64,000 nt of DNA, from NCBI GenBank assembly GCA_950097015.1, contig CATNEN010000005.1:5766001-5830000 (forward strand). The letters run 5' to 3'. Each line of letters opens with the position of its first letter. The stretch's first letter is position 1. Shown here one piece after another: positions 36,987 to 47,744 of the stretch. This stretch comes from Macrostomum hystrix. Lineage: Eukaryota > Animalia > Platyhelminthes. Under the pieces are notes generated by a model. The model did no database searches, was not told where the DNA came from, and worked only from the letters and a program-made list of their open reading frames with translations. The position numbers were made by a program, and so were the translations under genes.

Positions 36987-39266
36987 TTCTAGGCAACTGT
37001 ACTGTAACTGTAGCTAACTAGACCTAGTGATGCAAGTGAAACTTTTGCCTTGGATGCTCAGCAGAAATATAATGCTTTTTCGAACCTACAACCTCAAGTA
37101 GGGGCTTTAAAATGATACGATATTAGATATAAAATATTTATTTGCGGTTGCACCTACTTCGTGCAACTGCATTCAGATCATTTTACCTTTGCCTGTCAAT
37201 AGTAATAGTAAAACAATATATCAGAATATTTATTTTACTGATTGCAATATTTTTATACAAAGCGAATGTTGCGTCTAAAGTTTCGACAGCGACTTATTGC
37301 AGACAATTTTGTGTTATGTTTTATTGTATTATTATTTTCTTTTAGAGCCTTAGTATTAAGGCTTTCGATATTGTTCAGCATAAATTGCGTCAACCGTTTT
37401 GACTGTTCTGTTCTATTCCAAGAAAAGAACATTATAAATTACAAGTTCAAACGTAGCAAATCTGCATAAGTAACCCTTAAATTTATGTCTATATTCTAGA
37501 ATATAAAAACGATGTGTGTAATTTGATTAGTTTAATCGCTACTTCGTGCAAAAAAAATTGTCTTGCGATTATGTTTTGTTTTATCATGTTGCAGTTATCG
37601 TGTTTACGTATATTTGGCCAATAAAAATCACACAATTTTAAGTAACTTCTAACACATTCTTCATTGGGTTTTTGTATGATAAGAAGTACAAAATAGAATT
37701 GTAACTTTACGATGCTATGCAAAAGACGCTATAAATAGTACCATTCAAGGACATGGACAACTAGAGTAGCCTCTTAATTAATCATCAAATTGTCAAGTAT
37801 TAAAACCTTATAATTATATCAGCATGCCTTACGTTCAGGAAGGTCGTCTTACAGCGCTCTTCAATAAGATCGTGGAGATTATTAATATACGTTATTTTAG
37901 TCGTCCTAGGTTATCATATGAAGCAAACTCTGCTTTTCCGATAGAGCTAAAAATGATATCCTTGATCCGAATATATTTTCATAGAATTCCTTACCTTATA
38001 AAGCATGCTTTTTAAAAAGGATTGAAATATCATTACCTTATGTTACCAAACTTGATAGTGGCTTCTAAAATTCTAACCTTTTAAAATCGAATGTGCCCTA
38101 TCTTAATTATGTACTTGACCATTCGCCTTGCCTTCAGCTCGTCCTATATAGCTGCAGGGTGGTCCATGGACACAGCGATCGAGGGACACCGCTAACCCCT
38201 GTAGTCCCGCAGACAGGCGATGGCACGGGACCGGTCATGATGGTACCGTCCTGCAACTTAGATAAAGAAAGGGCAGTGGCAGACAAAGTGCTCGGGATCG
38301 ACGAGCATCTGACATGCCGACGGTCGTACTTACTTATCATACTAGCTGTCTACGTACCTAGTAACGGGATCATCAGTTCAGGATTCGCTTAACATGAAAT
38401 AGAGTTGTTGTAATCAAAAAAAATTGGAAGTTGTGAATTTTTTGTATTTAAAAGTAGCTGAAATACAATAAATAAATCATTAGCTGAGTGAGAGAGAAAA
38501 GCAGAAAGCAGGTATAAGGTTGCACACAAATTAGCTCTTTAGTTGCAAAAATAAGCAAACCTTTCGAGAGTACAGGTAGTAACAAATTCGATTGAAATTA
38601 AATATGGTCATGGTAATTTGTGGATTTAGATCCATTAGCCATTATTTAGTCGCATGTTTGTTGTTGACAATTAAAGTCTTTATCAATTTTATATAAATTC
38701 TAGTTTCGCTTGGTACAAATGACGCGCTCCTAGAAAAAGACTGGCATTAAAAGCAGCTGCGCATGAAAAGGAAAAAACATAGTGTAAAATTAAAAAGTGA
38801 TTAAATTTAATTACTCGGAAAAAAAGAGAATATAAATTGTAAATAATGCGAGGGAAAGCTATATGCTTTGCTTTCGTGTTAGTGTTTGTAATTAAGATAT
38901 ACTCGTATTAGCTCGTATAAACACCAATATTACTTGGTTTTCTGTATCAACAAAAAAAATTACTTTTCATAACATCAAGATCATGCTAGTCAATCGAAAA
39001 GTTTCAAAGTTTATCCTCCAGCAGACTCAAACGATCGAGAAATGTCTTCTTTAATTTGCTCTTCAGATTGTTCTGCAAGAAATGTATAGTAGCGTATTGT
39101 TTTCTGATTGACCTCTATAAATTGTGGTGTCTGACTCATTGCATGAAACTGCAGAGACCCATGAGCTTTGACTCGGTGATGACAAGCTCATGAACTAGAA
39201 AGCTTAATAAAGCTGTGCTATTGGGCACTGCTGATTGGGGTGTATGGGAAAAAAGCTGACTATCAG

Positions 39267-42200
39267 TTACAATCGTTGAATATCTCGAGGTTCTGGATCC
39301 AGAATCTGTTTTAAAATATGTTCCATAATTTTCTGCTTTGTTTTTCAGTCGCAGCAAAACATTGTCAAGGAATATCCCTTTCGCTCGGTACTTTTTCTAT
39401 TAAAAAGGTTTTTAATCTTGAGTTTGAACATACTTGTAACTATAGTGAATACTTCTTCGGTGTTTAGCAAACACACGGGCTCGAGTCAAATTGCAGCTTC
39501 TCCTAAAAGTGCTCTCTTACTTCGTTGGTGATTTCACCAACACGTGTAACAAGGAATTACGGCATTCTTCTAAGAAATGTAATAATAATTGCTTACCGAA
39601 TCCCTAACCACATCTGCTAGTTTGTAGTGCACTGTCCTAGACTGCACCAGAGTATCCTTGTGCTCAAGAACTAGTCGCACTAGTAGGTCTTGGCGTCCCG
39701 GGCGCTTGCAGTGCTCAGTCAGCAAGTCAATTTCGCTGGTGTCCATCTCAGCGTCGAGCATTTCGTTAAACCAGCCGCGAATTAAGCCTTCGTCCGGTTC
39801 TGGACGGCCGCAGTCGCGGAGCAATCCCAGGTAGAGACTCTTGGCCAGGGCGTCGAAATTGGCCGCGTAAAATTCGTCGTAGCGAAGCAGTCGGCGCGGA
39901 AATTGAATCACCCCGGCTGGCAGGAAGTCGAATCGGAACGGGCGAGCTTGCGGAGCCTCCTAAAATTCGTGAATTGTTTAAAACTTATCTCTAAGTGTCT
40001 GTTTTGAGACTAACCAAAAATAACATGACTAATTGGCCTGTAAGCAACGTCAGCTAATGAGTGACTCGTATACTCAGTTAATAATTATAGAAGGGCTGCG
40101 GGAACTGGCACATCATAGACCTGCAGCCAGCGAGGAGGCAATTCTGCCCTTTTCGCTGACTCCTGAGCACACACGCACACACAGATACTGTACGCAGGTA
40201 CGCGCTCACAAAGGTGTACATCTGCCCTGAATTTCTCATCGTCAGGCCCACTTCACTGTGCCTTGGGGTTGGCCTTCAAGGTCATAAATTGTACGACAAG
40301 CAACCAAGCCTTCTCTCCGCGGCTGCGCCCCAAATTAACGTGGCCTCACTCACTGCGGAATCGAGCTCAGGGACCTTGATGCGCTTTAGACCGCTCTGCC
40401 ACTCACCCTCCTTAATGGTTTGAGCTTCACACTGACTGAGAAGTTGTCCTTGAGCAAAACTGAACAACTGTACATACTCTTTAGAAGATGTACCCAATTA
40501 GCCGTGCATCGGTTTGGTGTAATTTCTATCTCTGTGTTCCCTGCTTCGGATCGGGAAAAATAGTGTCGAGTGGTGTCTATTTCTCATTTTTTAGATCTCA
40601 AAGTAAAATCGCACCTGTACAAAGCAGAAGCGCCATGCCGAGTCATTGTTTAGTAGGCATTGTTGCACAGTGTCGCTGGTTGCGTCTGTCGATGAAAGTT
40701 TGAGACCGCGCATAGGCCGATGGCCGGAAAGTAGCAGCTTTTCTAGGCGACCCAACGCCTCAGTGGGTTGATCGTAGCGCAGATAAGCCAGCGCAGCGAT
40801 GCACTCACGCGTGGTCCTGGCACAGTCAGGCAATCTTTCAATGTCCTCCAGCAGAGCGCTCAGACTGCCGCGACTGTCGCCCTGACCGCCAACTGACAAT
40901 TCGCGAAGGCACCAGCGAATGTACTCGAACAGTTCGTGATACTCGAGCGGCTTCTGATTTTCGGCTGACGTAGGCCAGCTCTGTCGAGTGTCCTGTGAGC
41001 GAAGTATATGACGGACCTGCTTGCTTCGCGGCAGCAGCATAAACGGATGATAATATAGGCCTTTGTTTGGTCTGAGCGGTTGCAGCTGCCTCACAAACTC
41101 GACGAGAACCTCGCTAAGTCGCTCTCGCACGTCCAAGACCGCTGCCAGAGTTGGTCGACTATCACCGTCAGCACTGCTCACATTGTCGGATCGTTTTAGC
41201 GGCAGCGGCGCGTCCGGAAAGAAGAAGCTGTGCATTGTCCCCTCCTTCTGCGTCGGCACGTGCGGATCCACGTTCTGCTCCAAGTCCTGGGCTAGCTTGT
41301 CCAGCGCCATGGCTGTCAGTTCCGGCAGTCGGTTTGTTCTCCACATATCTGGTGGCGTCTCGCGCACCATGCGAAAGGCCAGCGTCTTGGCATGGAACGA
41401 CTTTAATTGGCCTCCGCGTTGATTGATGACCCGTTTGACAAGGTACTTTAAGATTATGTACAACTGGCCCTTAAAATGATAAGCCAGCGCAGCGTCAGCT
41501 GTTTAACCAAATTCCAATGGATTTCTGGATAACAAACCTCCTGACAACATACCTGGACATTGTTGAAGCTGCGCACCAATGGCAGTTCCAGCCATTTTGT
41601 ACTGACGCGCAATTGCTTGCCCTCCTGACCGGGCAACGACGCGCCAACTAGCGGACAGGCCTCTGTGCATACCAGCTCCGCTCGCAGCTGGCTGATGAGC
41701 TCGGGCGATAGGTAACCGGGCGAGTTGAGGATGTGCACGTCGGGATAGGCGCAGAAGCGGTACATCAGGGCCATATCCATTGCTGGACGACCAAGGCAGC
41801 CGTATTGAGTGCGTGCTGGTTGGGCGGCTGTTATGATGGCAAATTACAGATTATACAAAGTTGGATTAATGAGCGAATATTAACTTTCGAGAATTTTTTT
41901 TCGGCAATATAAAATTATTCAAGCGACTGAATCGTATCGAATCGTAAAGTAGTTTAAAAGCATCTTTACCATATCCGTTGAATCCAACGTGTCCCATTTT
42001 GTAGGTGAGGGTTTCTTGCTCCCTCAGCATGTCGTCAGCGGACTCCTGCGCGGAGTCCTCATTGACGCTGCTATTTTTAACTGCGCTGTCGTCTTCACCG
42101 TGGCGATTACATTTACACTTTCCACTCAGGTGATAGAGCCGATCGTCCGCATATTCGGACACGTCGATATCTGAGTCGGAGTCCACCCGACCGCTGAGTC

Positions 42201-44484
42201 GCGTCACGGAGCTGCCCCAACCTTCGGCGTAGCTGCCGCACAGGTGAATTCGATTGTTCGCTGAGTACTGGCGAATTAGTGACTGCAGGTGGTCGGCTGC
42301 GGCTGATTGTTGCGAGGCTCGCGACTGAACAAAACCGGCTGCAACCATAGCAGACTGAAGCCTGGTGCCGCTTTAGAGAGGTTTTGAATACAAATACGTC
42401 TCAGGAAGTTCATCAAGTATTCGTGGATAATAGAGCCACTTATAAAGCCACTAAGTTCTTACTAAACCTCAAAATAAAAAAGTTGCCGTATTTTTTTTCT
42501 TAAACATCGACAACGAATAATCGACAGCAAAAAAAGCTAAACGATTCGACGTACGACGTTCGATGCACGACGTTCAAAGTACGGCTCTCTACGTACGACT
42601 TTCGATATATGTCATTCGAACGACATCTACATGTATCGACATCGAACGGCATCATCGAAATTTACATTCATGGACTCGAGAAGTTGTTAATAAAGACATC
42701 ATTTTAGTTTGATGCCTTCTATCATATAATTAAATCACATCACTTGTACACATTTTAAAGACTCACTCGATGATTCGAATATTTTTAGTTTTCCTGGTCT
42801 GCTCAAGCGCCACCCTTTTATCGAGCTCCGTAACGAGCCTATCTAGCCTGTTGGAACCGTCGGATGATGAAGGAACAGCGTCACGAAAGCACTCGCGAAG
42901 CCAATCCCTGAAGCAGCTAGTTGAGTTTGCGCTAGTCCGTATCTTGGCGAGTATCGCCATGGCGCAGCCGGTGTGCTGGAAGAGCACGGCAACATCCAGT
43001 GGAGTCAGCAGCAGTCTCTTCTCCTGCTGCAGCGGATCTGCACCGTGAAAGAGCAGCACCTCGAGGGCGTTGGTCCGACCGCTCATTGCAGCCAGATGCA
43101 GAGGTGTCCAGGTGTCTCTCAACTGCAGGCTAACCTGGGCCTCATTTTCTAATAGGCAGCGAGCGATCTCTGCGTCCCCTGTCCATGCAGCCACATGCAG
43201 CGGAGTCCAACCGCGACGACCTTTGGCAAGCACGGCGTCTCTGCTGTGCTTCAGCAGGGTTCGAACTACGTCTAGTCGACGCAAACGGCATGCGACATGA
43301 AGCGGCGTCCAGCCGTCATTTGAAATCACAATCTGAGAGGCGCCATAGTCAAGGAGTAGTCGAACAACTTTAGTATGGCCTCTGTGAGCAGCGTAGTGAA
43401 GTGGCGTTACACCTTGGATGCTGTCGCGCAAGTTGACTATAGCGTCGGCCTTGAGCAGCACTTCGACCGCCTTCTCGTGCCCGCTGTCTGCGGCGTGGTG
43501 CAACGGTGACCAACCCTTCATGTCCTGCAAATCTAGGTTGACCCAGTCCGACTTTTCAATTAGAAGTGAAACAACAGCTACGTGACCGCGACGGGCCGCT
43601 CCGTGAATTGGCGCCTGAAAATTTAGGCGACAATAAACCATCAGCGATCTATGATCCGAGAAAGCGCCTGTTAAAATCCATTCAAAAATTAAAGCACAAG
43701 GATAGACTACGATTGAATTCGAGGCTATACAGAATTCAAAACACTGGTAATTGTCTATGGTAAAAGCTCCATTATTTGGACTCACTTGTTGGCTACAGTA
43801 TCTTACAATGACACTGTACTATGCACTATTTAACAAATGATAGTTGAGCTACAACCAATCAGGGAAGCAACTGACCCATCCGAGCTGGTTGCGCTTGTTG
43901 ACGTCGATATTTTCGCACTTCAGCAGAACCTGCACCAGTCCAGGAAAGCCCCGTAACGCTGCCGTATGCAGCGGCGCCCATTGGGCATTGTCGACCGCAT
44001 TGACAGTTGCACCGTAGCGAATGAGCATTTCGGATACTTTGGGATTATTATGCTCGCAAGCAGCGTGCAGAGGCGTTCTACCTAGATTATTAGATAGATC
44101 GACCATTGCTCCAGCCTTCAATAACTCCGTTGTAGGCTCCAAGTGGCCTCTTAAAGCTGCTAGGTACAACGGAGTTGCGCCTTCTTTGTCTCGCGTATTC
44201 AACGTTGAAGTCCGATTGACACCATCTCCAAGGCCAAGGTCAAGGCCGGTTTGATGTTTACCCGCCAGGAAGGAATGTGCAACATTTGCGCTGATGTTGC
44301 ATCGTTGGAGAAGCATACGAACGGTAGTTCCGTCTTTATGCAGAGTGGCTTTGTGCAGCAGAGTGCGTCCTTTGGCATTGCGACAGGCTTGCAGCTCATT
44401 GGGGCTAAGTGCTTTAAGCACAGTTTTCAGTGCTTCGATTTGGCCGGCCTCAATGATCAGGAATACCTGCCTGCAAATATTCAT
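39267..44484 (-). CDS. Ankyrin-repeat + cGAS-like/Mab-21 nucleotidyltransferase (cGLR) fusion protein, ~1138 aa. Exons (minus): 44484-43876, 43614-42767, 42370-41970, 41827-41553, 41469-40615, 39959-39597, 39332-39267 (last exon tentative; alternative ATG at 44517)
   Basis: About 11 ankyrin repeats (GATPLYLAA, GRTPLHAAC, GWAPIHGAA, GWSPLHHAA, GVTPLHYAA, GWTPLHVAC, GWTPLHVAA, TWTPLHLAA...). The NTase region has GSYAEG...DSDIDV, AMDMAL, LRVSTKWLE, YIILKYLVK, LKSFHAKTLAF and MHSFFFPDAPL. A GTGAGT donor overlapping the apparent ankyrin stop (ATC GA|gtgagt, 42766) joins the aaag|C GGC acceptor (42371) in phase 2. Confidence 0.8.
40075..40410 (-). mobile_element. SINE family A, copy 5 (in the ANK-cGLR intron)
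   Basis: The reverse strand reads gagtggcagagcggtctaaagcgcatcaaggtccctgagctcgattccg...gcctcctcgctggctgcaggtc...cccgcagccc-attatt. Confidence 0.88.
42520..42670 (+). repeat. Short degenerate tcgacgt/acgacgttc repeat within the ANK-to-cGLR intron
   Basis: CpG-rich microrepeats. Confidence 0.6.
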
Positions 44485-45002
44485 CTGTGAGAATAAAATC
44501 GCTCTTTTGAATGGCATTTAGGCTTCAATCTTCAGTCCTACATAAGTTCGCCTGCCCTAAGTTAAGCATTTTATCTCTTTCATTAGGCTATGTACTTTAA
44601 GCGATTCTATTTATTCTGCAGCTCGGCAGACAGCGTACATTTGATTCTCAGAGAAGCTTACTGCTCAAAGGTGGCAAGTTGTAAAAAAGAAGTTTAAGTG
44701 TCAGAGAAACAGGCAGAGAAGAGGCAGAGAAACATTATACTCGTATTTGGAAGATCATGTCCAATTGCGCACATGAAGCACCCAACCCCATTGCTCTGAG
44801 CTGTGCAATAAACTGTCATTATGGTACCGTGTTACTGTGCTATTAGTGGGTAGGGCTTTTCATAGTTTTTTTTCATGCCACAAGGATGTATTTATTACTA
44901 GCCGCTTATAAAAATATCCAAATGAAACGTGATGCATATTGAATAATTTCCCTATGCACATATAAACTTTTTTTCTATGAATCGTATTCGAGCACTATAT
45001 TA

Positions 45003-45297
45003 GGTCGTAATAATAATTGATTACACCTGCCCCGATTGGGTCAGATGTGCAGCCGACAGCACAACCGCAGCTATCTGAAGGCTGCGTACAGCTGTTCAGT
45101 CCATGGACTGGGGGAAGGACGCCACACCCTCCATCAATTACCCCAGAAAATTCTCGTACCCATTCAACAGTTGGGTGAACTGAAGCAATGCAGAGAAAAG
45201 TGTCTTGCTTATTGTCACAATTTGTTCCAGCGTAGTCGGGAATCGAACCCCCGACCTTCAAGTCGTAAGTCTGGCGCTCTCACCACTAGGTCACTAG
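45003..45297 (-). mobile_element. tRNA-derived SINE family B, near full length
   Basis: Reverse strand: tagtgacctagtggtgagagcgccagacttacgacttgaaggtcgggggttcgattccc (A and B boxes), then agcaagacacttttctctgcattgcttcagttcacccaactgttgaatgggtac, cagtccatggactg and an (att)n tail. Confidence 0.88.
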
Positions 45298-45391
45298 GCA
45301 AGAAAAAAATAAATAAAAACAGCTTTCAAATATTAGGAACTTAATAACTACTGTGATATTACACTTGTATAAGTTATAAGCAAATGTTCGT

Positions 45392-45615
45392 CCGGGTTGA
45401 AGGTTGGAGGTTCGATTCCCGACTCCACTGGAAAAATTTGTATCATTTAGCAAGACACTGGGATAATTAAGGGTAGGTGTGGCGTCCCTCCAGTCCATGG
45501 ACTGAACAGTCTAAGTACGCAGCCTTCAGATGCGCCGCCCAATAGCTGCGGCTGTGCTGTCAGCTGCACATCTGGCCCAATTAGGGCGTGTGTAATAAAT
45601 TGTTATTACTTTATA
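45392..45615 (+). mobile_element. SINE family B copy, head-to-head with 45003-45297
   Basis: gaaggttggaggttcgattcccgact...agcaagacact...cagtccatggactgaacag...cagctgcacatctggcccaat...ttattac. Confidence 0.85.
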
Positions 45616-45900
45616 ATCATACTGTAATGGACATTTATATCTATCACTCGCTTGAAGACAAAGCCTGTCAGCTTGTTATCTATGATCGTAAATCAGTGTC
45701 ACTAGCGATATACACAGAACGAGTATTAAATGCTGTAGCTTCTTACCTTTCTAAATATGAATCGTGTGTTTCGTGCAGCAACGAATGCTGCGATTCAATC
45801 TGATACGAAATATTGCAGACCGGTGACCCCATAACAACAAAACAAAATTCACTTAGCATCAGCTACACAAAGCTTTTAGTTTTCACTCAAAACTGCAGCA

Positions 45901-47352
45901 ATGGAATCGATGGAATCTAACGCCAATGCGGCCGACATTGAGACTGAAAGATTTCTAAGCCAGTTTGTTGGTATGCACTTTGCCGGCCAGTTGACATCGG
46001 ATCTCTACAGCGATTGGTCGGACGTCTATGAGCTGGTGAGTTTTTGCTGGTTGCATTTCATGCATTAGAAGTATAGCTACAAGTACATACGACGCCACAA
46101 AAATAGTTTTTCGAAATTCATTTGCAACTGAACAAAGACCACATGACTCCTTAATCATGCTACTAAATAAAGAGCTAAAAGGAGTTACTGTTATTAGTCA
46201 AACTAGCTGATCGTTTTACTTCCTTCAGAACATTCTGAGCATGAGCAGCGGCTACAGGCATCCAGATGCTATAGCGGAAATTGCAGCAAGTGTTCTGACA
46301 GACAAGACCTGCAGAATTCTCGATGTCTGCGCGGGAACAGGACTTGGCGGTGTAGCGGTAAGTCTCATATGTACACTCGAACTACTACTCGCTCTGTCAT
46401 AACAGTAGTAGGGAGTCAGTGGCAGAGCGGTTAACGCGTTTGCCTCTCGCACCAAGGTCCCTGAGCTCCGTGGCGAGGCCACATTTTTTCGGGGCGCAGC
46501 CGCTTAGAGAAGGCTTGGAGGCTTGTGACAAGGCTCCAAGGCACAGTGAGAGTGTACACTGTCTGACGATGAGAAAGTCAGGGCATATGTACACACCTGT
46601 GTGCGTGTGTGCTCAGGAGTCAGCGGAATGGGCAGAATCGCCTCCTCGCTGGCTGCGGATCCAGTGTCACGAAACGATGTGCCACTGCCCGCAGCCCTCC
46701 TGCAATTATTATTATTATCATAAAAGTAGAATTTCGTAAAAAAAACTCGTTTCAGCTAAGATCTCGAGGATTTACAAAAATAGACGCTATTGATGGCAGC
46801 GCGGGAATGCTTGACAAGGCCAGGCAGAAGGGAGTCTACAACAATATCTACTTGGAAGTGATTGGAACTGATAAATTGAAGACAGTAACTAGCGGTAAGT
46901 ACCTGAAAGTATCTATATATTCCTGAAATGACTGTGAATTCGTGCTGTAAAACTAAAAGCATTGTGAATTGAGTGTCTGTCAGTTCTGTAGGATCAGTGC
47001 TGATTTAGCGTCTTTTTTTAAAAAGATCGGCTGTTCTAAAAAGATCCAGATGTTTTTTAACGCACTCACATGAGCAGGAGCGTACGACGCCATTGTGACC
47101 TCTGGCTCGTTTGTACCTGGGCACCTGGGCCCCTCGCAGCTGAGAGTGCTAGCGGACACTCTCAAACCTAAGCTTGGTGTGTTCTGCATGGCAATGCGAG
47201 AGGCCTACCTCCAATGCGACTATTTGAAAGGCCTTCGAGCGGAGATGCAATGCATGGAACAGGATGGTGTTTGGATGGTCGAACGCTGCGATCGGATGGA
47301 AAATTATCACAATGGCTTACCTGGGCGGGTCTTTGTCTGTCGCCGTATCTAG
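45901..47352 (+). CDS. METTL27: Class I SAM-dependent methyltransferase, METTL27/WBSCR27-like, 225 aa. Exons: 45901-46035, 46229-46357, 46756-46894, 47078-47352
   Basis: LYSDWSDVYE, ILDVCAGTGLGG (motif I), IDAIDGSAGMLDKARQKGVY and YDAIVTSGSFVPGHL are present; the exons total 678 nt in frame. Orthology to METTL27 is based on recognised motifs, not a search. Confidence 0.82.
46411..46720 (+). mobile_element. SINE family A, copy 6 (full length, in a METTL27 intron)
   Basis: gggagtcagtggcagagcggttaacgcgtttgcctctcgcaccaaggtcc (tRNA-like head) through ...cagccctcctgcaattattattattat. Confidence 0.9.
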
Positions 47353-47744
47353 TAAATTTTTAGTCGACAAGACCGCAAAGGGCGAGTGATTGGTTACGCA
47401 CGTTGTATTGAAAACTGGATTGTGATTGTCTGAACATTACTCGTTTAATGGTCTTGGATAAAAATGTCTTAGAATAACTACGAGCGTATATTTTTCCTTT
47501 GTTTTCCAGAAAACAATTTGTTTAATTTAATACTTTTATACGTTTTTCAAACGAAAAACGCAAAGCAAAGAAACACCCATTGCAAATAAAATGGATAGAC
47601 TTCTGAAGAAACTTAATCCAATTAAAACAGGCAGAGATTATTGCGTGATCATTAGTTAAGTTTCTCGGCAGAGAAGATGAATTATGTTTCCATTTTAGCT
47701 TTACAATGAAAATATTTATTTTTTGCAGCACTTGGCACTGAAAA

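Noticed and set aside
38093-38392. GC-rich island with short ORFs on both strands upstream of ATP9
   Set aside because: No recognisable domain and no consistent splice pattern; it could be a repeat fragment.
40282-40497. 71-aa ORF as an extra exon of the ANK-cGLR gene
   Set aside because: Its 3' half is the head of a SINE A copy, and exons 40615 and 39959 already join in frame without it.
42763-43785. Stand-alone ankyrin protein ending KNIRIIE*
   Set aside because: The stop overlaps a consensus donor that gives an in-frame fusion to the NTase exons. A short isoform from intron retention is possible but is not the preferred model.
45240-45297. tRNA genes at the A/B-box sequences (also ~5430-5490, ~34820-34850, ~46411-46480)
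   Set aside because: There is no complete cloverleaf or acceptor stem; they are SINE heads.
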